A stretch of DNA of 63,711 nt, filler included, from Pirum gemmata (lineage: Eukaryota), in assembly GCA_002812295.1 (NCBI GenBank). It is 29 parts of 29 records of this genome, joined end to end, with 100 filler letters (N's around TTAATTAATTAA, not from the genome) between each part and the next. Parts side by side here need not be neighbours in the genome. Positions count along the whole stretch, not along the records: positions 39,041 to 41,100 come from PDIN01008955.1; positions 41,201 to 43,235 come from PDIN01008956.1; positions 43,336 to 45,396 come from PDIN01008957.1; positions 45,497 to 47,537 come from PDIN01008958.1; positions 47,638 to 49,661 come from PDIN01008959.1; positions 49,762 to 51,822 come from PDIN01008960.1; positions 51,923 to 53,963 come from PDIN01008961.1; 22 more parts are not named here. The stretch is one strand, 5' to 3'. Made by a program: the position numbers and the translations under genes. Positions 39,742 to 53,040 of this stretch are shown piece after piece (within the stretch, counting starts at the first letter, position 1; every line of letters begins with the position of its first letter). The notes under the pieces were generated by a model that worked only from the letters and a program-made list of their open reading frames with translations, made no database searches and was not told where the DNA came from.

Positions 39742-40037
39742 TTAATGTAATAAATAATCTATATCTAGTATATAACCAGTTGACAAAATCACTGACCTTT
39801 TCGACGCCATTGAATAATGACGTACAGCAAAAGAAGGTCTAAATTGAGCATCTTCGATTTTAACTTCATTATCTTTTATATTATTATTCAAAAGATTTTC
39901 AGAGACTACCTGTGAAAAGTTTAAGCCAAAAGGTTCATGCTGGTCGTCACCTGCTACATTATTCTTATCATCATAATTATCAACATTATTTTCATTGTTA
40001 TCATTATTACTATCATCATGACCAATACTATTAGTGC

Positions 40038-40083
<46 letters not shown>

Positions 40084-40797
40084 GTTATCAGTATTATAAT
40101 TATTATTAACTATCCCTGTAAGGGAAACATTACTATCTGAAGTATTAGTAACAGATATATTTTTGCTTCGACAAAATTGATATAATCCTGATGAGAAAGG
40201 ATTACTGTTGTTTAAAACTTGCACTACCGTAGGAGTTACGGTAACCTTCTTTAAGAAATTTTCGAGTTCTTCTTTGCTTTCTACACCCGATACCCCTAAA
40301 TTAAGAACGAGACCCTCTTCAACCAACCCCTCCAATAAATACCACAAAGCAAGAGAGTTGTCATTATCATGAGCATATTTATGTATTTGTACAACTGCGA
40401 GGTCAAGAGTGTTGCTATCATGACTACTTGCTGTTTGTTTTACAATATGTTTCAGTTCTTTCTCAGTGATGTTTTTCTTTTGGGCTAAGAAAAACTTCGC
40501 TACAACACTTTTTTCGTTTCTAGGTACTTTTCTTTCTAACTCTTGCCAACTACTTGTACTGTGTTGATGGTCGTTCACCTTGGTTGCACTGTTTATAGTT
40601 GAATGACACAAAACAACGTGTTCTAGCTCATGTAATAATGATTTCGATTTTTTTACTTTATTCACTACATTACAATATTGTGGTATACCATCAATAGTGT
40701 ATAATATAGAACCTTTCCTCGTTCTTTTTCTTTTCTTCTGTTTTTGTTGTTCTAAATACTCCAGGTAAGGAGTAGGAGAAAGAGTATTCATCATCAT
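39742..40797 (-). CDS. GCLM: Glutamate-cysteine ligase modifier subunit (AKR-like fold)
   Basis: LWYLLEGLVEEGLVLNLGVS, VTPTVVQV, LYQFCRSKNISVTNTSD and C-terminal VRHYSMASKRSVILSTGY match the GCLM layout. Confidence 0.75.
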
Positions 40798-41329
40798 TAT
40801 TGTTTTATTATAGTTTTCTTCTTTAATTCTTGTATGACTTTGCTGCTATATCAATCTTTTTATTATTATTATTATTATTTGTAACCTTGTTATTGTTATA
40901 TCAATCTTTTTTTATTATTATTATTATTTGTAACTTGTTATTATTGTGATTCATATATTAATAGACTCTATTAATATTGTTTTTATTTCTTTTTTTTATT
41001 ATTAAAATTGATCTTTTTAATTTTTTTTAATTTTTTTTTCTCTTTTTTTCTTCTCATTTAAATATCATACTCATTTTATAATAATTATTATGATATGATA
41101 NNNNNNNNNNNNNNNNNNNNNNNNNNNNNNNNNNNNNNNNNNNNTTAATTAATTAANNNNNNNNNNNNNNNNNNNNNNNNNNNNNNNNNNNNNNNNNNNN
41201 TTATTATCATCAATGTCCTAATTTGCTATATATACTATATACGTCTATCAGATATATTAGATAATATATCATATAGAACATAATAATGTTAATTAATTAA
41301 AAAATAATAATAATAATATCTGATAGTTA

Positions 41330-42010
41330 CAGCTAGCTAGCTAGCTATCGATACTATCGATACTAGCTAGCTACTAGCTAGCTAGTAGTGTGAAATGTCT
41401 AGCTACTAGCTAGTAGCTCTAATAGTAGCTCTAATGTCAATAGTAGCTATCAGATAGCTAGACTAGCTAGACTAGTCTAGCTAGTAGCTATCATAGTGTG
41501 ATAATATTATCATATTATGATAATAATAATAGTAGAGCGAGTAGACTAGCTATGATAGCTAGCTAGCTAGGACTTAGTCTAGTTAGCTACTAGCTAGAGT
41601 AGTAGGTTACACAGTTATGATACACTTATCATATTGATATCGGATACCTACTCTAGCTAGTAGCTAGCTAGCTAGGCACCGGAAACTGTTATTTAGTCTA
41701 TCTAACCCTAACCCTAACCCTAACCCTAACCCTAACCCTAAAGTAACCCTAACCCTAACCCTAACTAAACCAATATTACGATATCAGATATTGATGAGTA
41801 GTTTTATTATGTATGATATTATGATATCATAGTTATGAACTTTTATGATAGATCTCTCTAGCTAGCTAGCTAGCTAGCTAGCTGGAGTACTGCTAGCTAG
41901 CTAGTTAGAGTAGACTAGGGAAAAAAGAGGAAAAAAGCTAGCTAGCTAGCTAGCTGGTACTGCTAGCTAGCTAGCTAGAGTAGACTAGGGAAAAAAGAGG
42001 AAAAAAGAGC
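41330..42010. repeat. (TAGC)n/CTAG-rich palindromic low-complexity region with (CCCTAA)n and a ~60-bp tandem duplication
   Basis: Direct inspection; TACTGCTAGC...TAGACTAGGGAAAAAAGAGGAAAAAAG occurs twice. Confidence 0.85.
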
Positions 42011-43425
42011 ATGATAAAACTTCAAAAAAGTTTTTTTTTTGAAGTCCTTGAAATAACCAAAAATGAGAAATTGGCGGGATTTTTTTTTCTTTTTTTATGA
42101 AGTATGAACCAACTGATAGATTGATAGATTTTGAAATAATTTGATTTTGAATACTATTTTCAAGGCCACCTTTTAATACTCTTTTAATATCATAGCTTAG
42201 CTAGCTAGCTATGATAGTTTATTATAGATATAATATATAAAAAGGCTTTAGTTATATAGTCTTTATATATGATACTGGTAGCGTATAAATAGAATCTTTA
42301 GAAAGGTGACCGTGGTAGATTTTGCACAAATATATCATATATCTATCGATATAATATATTATATATAGTCTCTCCTCTAGTACCATACTTGTAGTTTCAA
42401 AATCATAGTGTTTCCTAGATATTTCCAGTTTTTTTCATCTTCTTTTGTACTCTTTTTTCATTTTATTTATTACCTGTAGTTTGGTTAGTCGGAAAATATA
42501 AGATCATAACTTCATATGTATGATTTATAGTGACACTGCAATTTTTTAGAACTTTTTTTCCTTCGTTAAAAACTTAATTATAACTATGCAGCAAAAGCAA
42601 CAGCAACAGAGTCAGGTTTTGTTTTCGAAGCAAACGCTGTCTCAAAGTGCGTATGCTGAAAGGTTTCCCCAAAGAGAGCAGTGCAGACTTTCAAACTCTG
42701 TTTCTTCTCAACAAAAGATGAATCGGCAACTACGAGAAAATAGTTCATATTCATTATTATACTTTCATTCTATTAATATTTTATATTGTTGTGTTTCACC
42801 TTGGTCCCCCGGGCTGTTATGTTTTTATTTTTGGTTTTGTGATACAATCATATTGCACTCACGCCACACTCACAACAAACCAACAAAGTATAGACTAGCC
42901 ATTTTATGACATTTCACTGATTTCTGTTTATTATTTCGGTATTATTTAAGAATGGAACACAATTGTGTTATTTTTATGCTTATTTTTATGTTTGTGTTTA
43001 TGTACATATATATACTTGCTAATGCTTATGTTGATACCATGATTATGTTTGTGTTTGTGTTTATGTTTATATTTTTGTTTGTGTATTTTTGGTTTTGTTT
43101 GTGTGTTTGTGTTCATGCTTATGCTTAAATCTTATTATATTTATAACTATTATGATGATTATGATTATTATGATAAGTATGATTATGATCAATATGATGA
43201 TGGATATCACTATTATTATTATTATTATTATTATTNNNNNNNNNNNNNNNNNNNNNNNNNNNNNNNNNNNNNNNNNNNNTTAATTAATTAANNNNNNNNN
43301 NNNNNNNNNNNNNNNNNNNNNNNNNNNNNNNNNNNTAATAATGATAATAATAATATGGAACCTCGTTTTCTTTTGACCCCATCATTAGTTATTTATTTTT
43401 TCAAAAGAAAAAATACTACTATTTA

Positions 43426-43466
<41 letters not shown>

Positions 43467-44119
43467 AAAAATAATGATAATAATAATAAGACAAAAATAA
43501 TGATGATAATAATAATAGTAACAAATAGAAATGTTGTATAAAGAAAATAATAAATATTAAAATCAATGAACAAACTAATTAATAAATTTAATTTAATTAA
43601 ACAGCACAGCAAACAGCAAATAAATGAAAAGAATCGAGAAAAAGTTTTTTAGCATATATTCCTATCATACATAGCAAAACAAAAAGTGAACAATAAAAAA
43701 ATCAAGGAATTGAACAATTAATAACAATTTATTAATATCAACAACGTATGTATACATAAAATAATAGTAGACCCGGTCTATAGTTTTCCAAAAAATGAAA
43801 AACAAAAAAATAAGGTCAAAACAAAGCCTCTTGCTCTTATCATTCGAATTTTTTTTTTTTTTTTTCCTTCATTTTTATTTGGTAGAATGAAATTTAACAT
43901 TGGCTTTTTTTTTTTAAAAAAAAAATAAACAAATAAATATTTTAATTAAAAAAAATATAAACTTTCTAAAGTTATAAGTAATTTGGCAAGTTCATTTTAC
44001 ACAGAAATAACAATGATAATAAAAATTCCAAAAAAAAATTGGAGACAGTAGTACAGTAGTACTTAGACAGTGCCGGTAATAACGGTAATATCAGATAGCT
44101 AGCTAGTGGTGATGATTTA

Positions 44120-45397
44120 TAATAATAATGATAATAATAATGATAATAATAATGATAATAATAATGATATTTTAATAATGATATTAATAATGATAATAAT
44201 AATGATAATGAATAATGATAATGAATAATAATAATGAATAATGAATAATAATAATAATGAATGAATAATGAATAATGAATAATGAATAATAATAATAATG
44301 AATATTAAAATAATGAATAATGAATAATGAATAATGAATAATGAATAATGAATAATGAATTCGAATAATGAATAATGAATATAATGAATAATGAATAATG
44401 AATAATGAATAATGAATAATGAATAATGAATAATGAAAATGAATAATTATAATTAATAATGATAATAAATAATAAATAATGATAAGGAATAATGATAATG
44501 AATAATGATAATGAATAATGATAATGAATAATGATAATGAATAATGATAATGAATAATGGTAATGAATAATGATAATTATAATTATAAGTGATGATGATA
44601 AGTGAATAATGATAAATGAATTCGAATNAATGAATAATGAATAATGAATAATGAATAATGAATATGAATAATGAATAATGAATAATGAATAATAATAATA
44701 ATAATGAATAATATATAATAATGAATATATATAATAATAATGAATATTTTTATTAGTAATGAATAATAATAATGAATAATAATAATAAATAAATAATAAT
44801 GAATAAATAATAATGAATAAATAATAATGAATACATAAAAATGAATACATAATAATGAATACATAATAATGAATAAATGTAATAATGAATAAATGTAATA
44901 ATGAATAAATAATAATGAATAAATAATAATGAATAAATAATAATGAATATATACAATATTAATATTATATTAATAATGAATAAATAATAATGAATAAGAA
45001 AAAGAATAATGAATAAGAATAATGAATAATGAATAAGAATAATGAAGAAGAATAACGAATAAGAATATTATTAATAATATTGAATAAGAATAATGAAAAT
45101 AATAATTATACATAAAAATAATGAATAAGAATAATGAATATATAATAATACTGAATAAAAATAATGAATAATAATAATGAATATTTGAATATATAATAAT
45201 ACTGAATAAAAATAATGAATAATATTAATAATAATGAATATTTTAATAATATTCTAATAATATAATATTAATATTAAAATGAATGAATAATACTAATGAA
45301 TATAATAATAATGAATAATAATAATGAATAATAATGATAAATAATAATAATAATAATAATAATGAATAATAATAATGCTTGAATATTCAATAATAAN
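44120..45397. repeat. Degenerate (GAATAAT)n/(AAT)n satellite
   Basis: Heptamer and trimer periodicity; the overlapping ORFs are artefacts. Confidence 0.9.
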
Positions 45398-45496
45398 NNN
45401 NNNNNNNNNNNNNNNNNNNNNNNNNNNNNNNNNNNNNNNNTTAATTAATTAANNNNNNNNNNNNNNNNNNNNNNNNNNNNNNNNNNNNNNNNNNNN

Positions 45497-47030
45497 ATTT
45501 ATACACCAATAAACTCGAGGGGGTCCCCAGCGTTTGATATCAGTTGGTATATGAAGTCCCATATGCATATTTGCTGTGGTATTTTCCTCTCCAAAACGAT
45601 CTATATAAGCACTAATATATATATAGAGTTAGGGTTAGAGTTACGGTATAATAATTTTTTGTCTTTTTGGCATTTAACTTAATTAGTTTAAATATATATA
45701 TATATATATATATATATACCTCAAAAACGTCTTATAAAGAACTGCAGCCAGTTTTAAATCTTGAACGTTTATTACCTCTCTCAAAATTATTTCTGTAAAC
45801 CAATGTAGGTGGGTCCATACCGAAAGTGCCTTTTCATCGTTTGGCATCAAACATGGAACAACGGAAAGGGCGTAGAAATTAAGGAATATTTTCCACTCTA
45901 CGGCTTTCATATGCCCAAGGTGCGAAGTCAAATTACCAGGTAGCTATTAATTTTAATAAATTGGTATATTGATTTTAATAAATTAGTATATATAATTTTA
46001 ATTTTAATTAATATATATAGTATTGGCATATGAGGGTTACGGGCTAGGGTTAGGGTTATTAATTGTAATAATTTAGTATAAGGGTTAGGGTTAGGGGTAG
46101 GGTTAGATATTACTCACCCTTGCTCTATTTTTTGGTAAATTATCACTTATTAGATTAATGTATTTTTCTAATTTCTCTTTCTCTTTCACTTTGTTTTGTC
46201 CCGACAAAAGATCTCCGAAAGTAACCCAAAATAGTTTTTTAACTATTCCTATTTTATTTATATCGATAGTATTTAGTGTGTTTAGTGAATTTGATTATTT
46301 GTAATTGTTGTGTGTGTTTAGAGAATTTGATTATTTATAATTGTTTGATATTGAGTTTAATTATGTATATTTATATTTATATTTAAACCTGTAAAAAGCA
46401 AATGCATCACGTCAAAAGGGGTATTGAGAACGTTTATGTATTTCTCTAGAGGTGTACCTACGTACAACTGTTGTAGGGGTGAATATCTAACATTTTTCTC
46501 TTCTAATCTTCTCAAAGTTGCTAAATTAAAAACAATTAAAATAAATGGAAATAAATTAAAAGAATTAGATGATATTAGTATGATATTATAGTGAACATCA
46601 TATATACATATAACTATGATTAGATATACTTACACTTGTTAGATAAGATTTCTTTTCCAAACGCATACTTTGCTCCAACTGCTAAAATATCACTCATTTT
46701 TCGTTTATCGTACTCTATTATTTGCCTTTCATGTTTTTTTACATAAATTGTTTTGATATCCAACTAAATTTTAATATAACATTAGGATTAGGGTTAGCTA
46801 GAGTTAAGGTAACATACACATGACATAGGGATTAGGGTTAGGGTTAGGGCTAGGCTTAGGGTTACCTTTTTTTTGTTATATTCCGTTAGTTTTTTTGTTC
46901 CATCTTCTGCAATAGTGTACACATTTTCTGTATTTTCTATCCTTATATGATCACATACTGCTTCGCATTGCAGGCAGAAATTGTTGTTTAAATTTTCCAA
47001 AGTATTAACAGAGTTTTGTATCTGTGCCTG
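45497..47030 (-). mobile_element. Spliced CACTA/EnSpm-Mirage (tnp2-like) transposase fragment; exons ~47030-46866, 46763-~46634, 46520-46389, 46248-46118, 45943-45720, 45611-45497
   Basis: Spliced translation gives FCLQC, VRYSPLQQL..PFDVMHLLFTG-IVKKL, RAR-LPGNL..MKAVEWKIF and FGEENTTANMHMGLHIPTDIKRWGPPRVYWC, the DxxH, KA.EW and H..LH....GP...W motifs of this superfamily; one junction needs an alternative donor or a frameshift. Confidence 0.85.
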
Positions 47031-49059
47031 TTGGATATTACCATAATCCTTTACCATACTGTTATGGTAAAGCATATAGTTATATCCAGAACCAGGCACT
47101 GATACAAAACTCTGTTAATACTTTAGAAAATTTAGACAACAACAATGTTACAAATAACAAGCGGACACACGTAACTAGTACAAGGGATGATATGCAATGG
47201 TTTTTAAAGATAATTACCCGAAAGCCCCACGGTTAAAATTAGATTTTAACGCCGACCCCGCCCCAAATATCGATATCGATATTGAAATGGAACAGGATGA
47301 AACATGCACATGGGAGCGAGAGATATGCTTGGATGGCAAAACATCAATTGAAACCGTGGGTCCTGCTAAGGAACTACTATTACTACTACTACTTCTACTA
47401 CTAGTACTACTACTACTACTACTATTAATTAATATTACTTCTACTACTACTACTACTACTACTACTACTATTAATATATCTTCTACTACTACTACTACTA
47501 CTACTACTACTATTAATATTACTTCTACTACTACTACNNNNNNNNNNNNNNNNNNNNNNNNNNNNNNNNNNNNNNNNNNNNTTAATTAATTAANNNNNNN
47601 NNNNNNNNNNNNNNNNNNNNNNNNNNNNNNNNNNNNNAATGAACTTTAAAATTATGACCAAAAGTGTTTTGGACATGTCCTTTACGGATGATCCCTGCGA
47701 TACTTCATTAGGTAATAAAATTATTTGATAAGGAAAAAACGAAAATTCTGTACTTTCTCAAGAAAAAGAAAAAGAAAATTTATAATAAATAAATAATTTT
47801 TTTTTTAAAAAAAATGAAATAATTATGATGCAAGAAGAACAAGAACAAGATCCAGACGCCATACTTTTATCACGTCAATCAAGTATTTGTACTCAATATT
47901 CTACTAATCCTAAAGCTTTAAAATCTTTGGATAACCATACTTTAAAATCTTTGGATAACCAAGCCTGTGGGGTAGGTAGGTAGGTAGGGGGGGGGGGATT
48001 CTTGTTGGATCTTGTGGTGGTGTGAGTGTGGTGTGGGCCTATGTACAACCAAAATGTGATCTAGAATAATTATTATTCTTGTCGATAAAGGAGATAGTTG
48101 AGTTGCATTTCATATTTAATTAATATTAAATGTATAAATTAGTATCATAGGTTTTAGAATATGATATTGGATTCGGATTTGGATAGTTTCATGATCAGGA
48201 TATATGATTTATAATAATAATAATAACAATAAATCTCTTCCAGACTATTACCGTCTATATACCAAATAAAAAATTGAAGGCTACTCAGCAATCGAAACCA
48301 AGTCCCATTATTCATTACTAAACTATAATCGTGCATAACCGTTTCGTAACCTAGCGTACCCTAATACTCCAAAACCGGTTACTTCATGGTTTGTCCCTAC
48401 CCCCCCTTGGCTTTTGCAGTATCTGCCCCCATGTCACCTACGAGACGCACACGAGTAGCATCTGTTTTATGACAACTAAGCTCGATATTGAAGTAGAAAG
48501 GATCAAATGTTAACGGGATTTATTCTGTACCTAACCCTACCCTAACCCTAAAGTTTACGTTTCTTCATTCTGTACTATATTCAAAGTTTACAGATCTTAC
48601 ACTTTTCAGGTACGGGTATTCAAAGTTTACAGATCTTTACAGTTTTTCAGGTATGGATATGAGCTTGCTCGTAATTAAATGAATACCAGGATTCGAGCCT
48701 AAAACCAACCCAACTTATGCCGTTTGTGGGAGCCCTTTTACACTATTCAAATCTTCATCTCTCTCTCTCCCTCTCTTTCTGAAATTGTACACTATTCTTC
48801 ATTTCCTTAGTAATTGCTATCGTACCCATCACGATCAATTACGATCATTTTCCTTGCTGCTGCTGAGCTCTGTTCCCTCGGTTGGACCTTTGTAGTTCTT
48901 GTGCTTCTTGTGAATCACCCCCATCACCCCCCCCATCACCCCCACCATCACCGCCATCACCACCTCTCTCGTATCATACCTAAGATTCATTCGCGTGCTT
49001 TTATTGTTTCTGGTTCCTTAGCCCGAATGTAGCTTGGCTGAGTCAAACCGTTTAGCCTC

Positions 49060-49661
49060 TTATAATTCGCAAACGTCACACAGTCCGTTGTGTTCCCAAA
49101 ATTCTTTCCTTGTTTTCTAGTTTAGTTCTTACCTTTTTTTTTATTTTTTTTTGTAGTTTGGTTTTGTTTTATCATTTCTTGTTGCTCTTCAGTAAAACAG
49201 TCATCCGCAGGAAACATGTTACCATCGATATATAACTGAATAACACTAGTGCATATCTGCAAGTTAGGGTTAGGGTTAGGGTTAGGATTAGGGGTTGGGG
49301 GTTAGNATTAGGGGTTGGGGGTTATAATTCGCAAACGTCACACAGTCCGTTGTGTTCCCAAAATTCTTTCCTTGTTTTCTAGTTTAGTTCTTACCTTTTT
49401 TTTTATTTTTTTTTGTAGTTTGGTTTTGTTTTATCATTTCTTGTTGCTCTTCAGTAAAACAGTCATCCGCAGGAAACATGTTACCATCGATATATAACTG
49501 AATAACACTAGTGCATATCTGCAAGTTAGGGTTAGGGTTAGGGTTAGGATTAGGGGTTGGGGGTTAGGGTTAGGGTTAGGATTAGGGGTTGGGGGTTATA
49601 ATTCGCAAACGTCACACAGTCCGTTGTGTTCCCAAAATTCTTTCCTTGTTTTCTAGTTTAG
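49060..49661. repeat. Near-identical ~265-bp tandem units (2.3 copies), each a minus-strand exon-like block plus a TTAGGG tract
   Basis: Units start at 49060, 49322 and 49596; minus strand reads CCCTAACTTGCAG|ATATGCACT.. (ICTSVIQLYIDGNMFPADDCFTEEQQEMIKQ). Confidence 0.85.
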
Positions 49662-50091
49662 NNNNNNNNNNNNNNNNNNNNNNNNNNNNNNNNNNNNNNN
49701 NNNNNTTAATTAATTAANNNNNNNNNNNNNNNNNNNNNNNNNNNNNNNNNNNNNNNNNNNNGTTGTGCTTGTGTTGTTATATATAGGGTTAGATTAGATT
49801 TTCATTTTTTGTTCATTTATTTTATTATTTGCTTGTTTTATTCGTTTTGCTTGTTTTGTTTGTTTGTTTATGCTGTTTGATCAAGGTTATCCTAACCCTA
49901 ACCCTAACTCTATGATAGGCCTAACCCTACTAACCCTAACTAACCCTAACTAACCCTAACTAACCCTGACCCTAACCCTAACCTTATTTATACAACCCTA
50001 ACCCTATTTATACAACACTAGTTGTATTATAATTATTAATGCTATTTAATTAATTAGTAGTTGCTGCACTGTCGTTGTTGTTGTTGTGGGG

Positions 50092-50151
<60 letters not shown>

Positions 50152-50304
50152 TGATAGTAATGGTAATAGTAATAGTAGTAGTATTAAAATAGTGGTCTTT
50201 GTTGTTGTTGTTGTACATGTGTTGTTGTTATTGTTGTTTTAGTAGTAGTAGTAGTAGTAGTGGAACTGGGGTTTAGCAAAAACCTAATATATAGAGACTA
50301 GGTA

Positions 50305-50536
50305 CGTACCCTGGCTAGTTAGAACCTACTAGAGATAACCCTATCCTTAATATTAATAATTAACTAAGCTCAAAACTAACCCTATGAATCATAATATATA
50401 TATCGTGTTTTTCAATAACGTACCCTGGCTAGTTAGAACCTACTAGAGATAACCCTATCCTTAATATTAATAATTAACTAAGCTCAAAACTAACCCTATG
50501 AATCATAATATAATATTATATATCGTGTTTTTCAAT
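50305..50536 (+). repeat. ~115-bp tandem duplication
   Basis: ACGTACCCTGGCTAGTTAGAACC...ATCGTGTTTTTCAATA occurs twice. Confidence 0.9.
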
Positions 50537-50576
50537 AGTATTGTTCAGTTCAAAAACTGAAATAAACGTACCGATC

Positions 50577-50874
50577 AGACATATTTTAATTAATTTGGTG
50601 GTATTTTATACTTTTAATGTTGTTTTTATAAACAAGCTCAATTATACGCTTAAACAGTACCAAATTAAAGATTGAGAGGCCAACTGTAATGAAATAGACG
50701 ATAGCCTAATTTTAGGATTTATAACACTTCAAGAACACATCGTCTATTTCATTACAGTAACTGTTGTCCTCTCAATCTTTAATTTGGTACTGTTTAATTA
50801 AGTTTATAATTGAACTTGTTTATAAAAAAAGTATTATATTATATAAAATACCACAAATTAATTAAAACATGTCT
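50577..50874. mobile_element. Foldback MITE with ~125-bp arms and ~36-bp loop; partial copies at ~13490-13602 and ~11783-11860
   Basis: AAACAGTACCAAATTAAAGATTGAGAGG..CTGTAATGAAATAGACGAT pairs with ATCGTCTATTTCATTACAG..CCTCTCAATCTTTAATTTGGTACTGTTT. Confidence 0.8.
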
Positions 50875-52574
50875 AATAGTTTAACCATTATAATAATTAC
50901 TACCAAATTTTGAGAAATCATCTAACTAAGAAAACTCTATTATGAACCAAATAATTTGGCTAGTTAGCATTATTAAAGAGTGTTAAAAGTGTATTAATAA
51001 AGGTTTTTAGAAAAGAAGTCTTTATGTCATAGGTCTAGTAGAAAAAAATGATTTCTAGCTAGACTACCCAAAGACACTCCCAAAGGGTAGACTACATACA
51101 GTTTTACTTTAGTTAGAAGAGCGAGTAGTCTACTTTCTAAAAGAAGAGCAAAGCTCAGCAAACCCCTAAGTACTATCGTACTAGTAGCTATCATAGTATG
51201 ATAGCAAACCCATTACCCATCTACCTCCGATAGTCTCCGAAATAATTTTATGTAGACTAGCCTAGAATAATTTTTATGCAGTTTTCGCTGTTGTCTCCGA
51301 ACCGAACACTCTCAAAAAATTGAGGGAGAAAGAACACTGGGAGAACCTCCGGAGACCTTTTTTTTTTTTTTTTTCACACAGGTGTCCCCGCCCCCGTGTC
51401 TCTGGTGGTTTTTTTTTTTTTTTTTTACTAATTTTTTTTTTTTTTTTTGTTTTTGGTTGTTTTTTTTTTTTATTTTTTTTTATTTTTTTTTTTTAGACTA
51501 GTACCACTTTTTCTATTTTACTGTTGGTATCATAATATTGAAAATAGTGAAAATGATGGCTCTGGTTTAATACCTGACCACGTAGATAGTAAAACCATAC
51601 TCTCGTAATGATAGGGCTTGGAAGAAAAGCACAGTTACTGTCGAAAAGCAGAGCGGAGTCAAATACTGGCAAAGGGTATATTAATAATATGATTTTTTTG
51701 AAAAATTATTTTTAGGGTTGGGTTAAGGTAAGGGTCAGGTTTAGTGTTATTATTAGCATTAGTATTGGTAGTAATGGTGTTGAAGATATTATTGATATTA
51801 TTATTATTATTATTATTATTATNNNNNNNNNNNNNNNNNNNNNNNNNNNNNNNNNNNNNNNNNNNNTTAATTAATTAANNNNNNNNNNNNNNNNNNNNNN
51901 NNNNNNNNNNNNNNNNNNNNNNTTTTTTTTATTTTCCCTTTTTTTTTTTTTTTTTTCGTTTAATAATAATAAAGTAACAAGAATAATAAAAATAGAAAAT
52001 AAATATATAAAATAATCACAACATTGCAAATAGTATTACAATTCCTTCTTATCTTAGGTTTATACTTGAAAATATAATTAAGATTTGAATTTGAATAATT
52101 TGAAAAACTATCTCATAAATAATAAAAAATAATAAATGTTCTGAGTTAGCTTTCAGAAATACTACTGAAATACTAGTTGGTCTACTAGTAGTAATAATCA
52201 TATATCGATATATAATTTTTATTAAATTTTATTATGATATGCATATGCAGATGATATGCATAATAATATTATAATATTATAATATTATAATAATAGTATA
52301 ATAATAGACCTAGCTGTCTAGCTAGGTAGGCTAGCTAGCTAGAAACTACTGTAGCTACTAGTCAGATAATACGATATGAGATAATGATAAGAAGCTATAA
52401 CCCTAACCCTAACCCTAACCCTAACCCTAACCCTAACCTTAACCTTAATTAACCCTAACCTTAACACCACCAGTACACCACCCCTAACCCTAACTATTAT
52501 TGTTCGGAAAGCTCGAAGTTATCACATTTTAGGCCGCCTGTTTGTAGTCTAAATAGACTAAAATCATACAAGCT

Positions 52575-53040
52575 CAAAAAATTCAAAATACTCCAATTTT
52601 AATAAAAGTACTACCAAATTTTGATAAATAATATAACTAAAAAAACTCTATTATGAACCAATGGCCAATTTTTAAAAATAATTTGGCTAGTTAGTATTTA
52701 AAAATGATTCCTACAGTTTTATCCGGTTTGGCCGTTAAAAAAAAAAAAAAGAAGAGTGTAGAAATCTTTTTATTATGTCTAGACTGCCTTTTCCAAGATA
52801 GAAAAGGCTATATCTAAAGTAGAAAAAGCTGAGTAGAAAACGATATATATATATTTTAACATCATTGCCGGATAAAACTGTAGAAATCATTTTTTTAGAC
52901 TTCTTTTCTAAAACCCTTTAATGATAACTAGCCAAATTACTATTAAAAACTGTCCATTGGCTCAAAATAGAATTTTTTTAGTCAGGCGATTTCTGAAATT
53001 TTGGTAGTACTTTCATTTAAATTGGAAGAGTTTAAGATTT
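52575..53040. mobile_element. Long-TIR element or two inverted copies of a dispersed repeat; related pieces at 22340-22393, 50897-51060 and 37705-37800
   Basis: AAAGTACTACCAAATTTT..TTTGGCTAGTT..CTACAGTTTTATCCGG pairs with CCGGATAAAACTGTAG..AACTAGCCAAA..TTTTGGTAGTACTTT. Confidence 0.7.

Noticed and set aside
48950..49256. Alternative genetic code suggested by in-frame TAA/TGA
   Set aside because: ADH, SMT, ABCE1 and LRR ORFs read normally and end in standard stops; pseudogenisation is simpler
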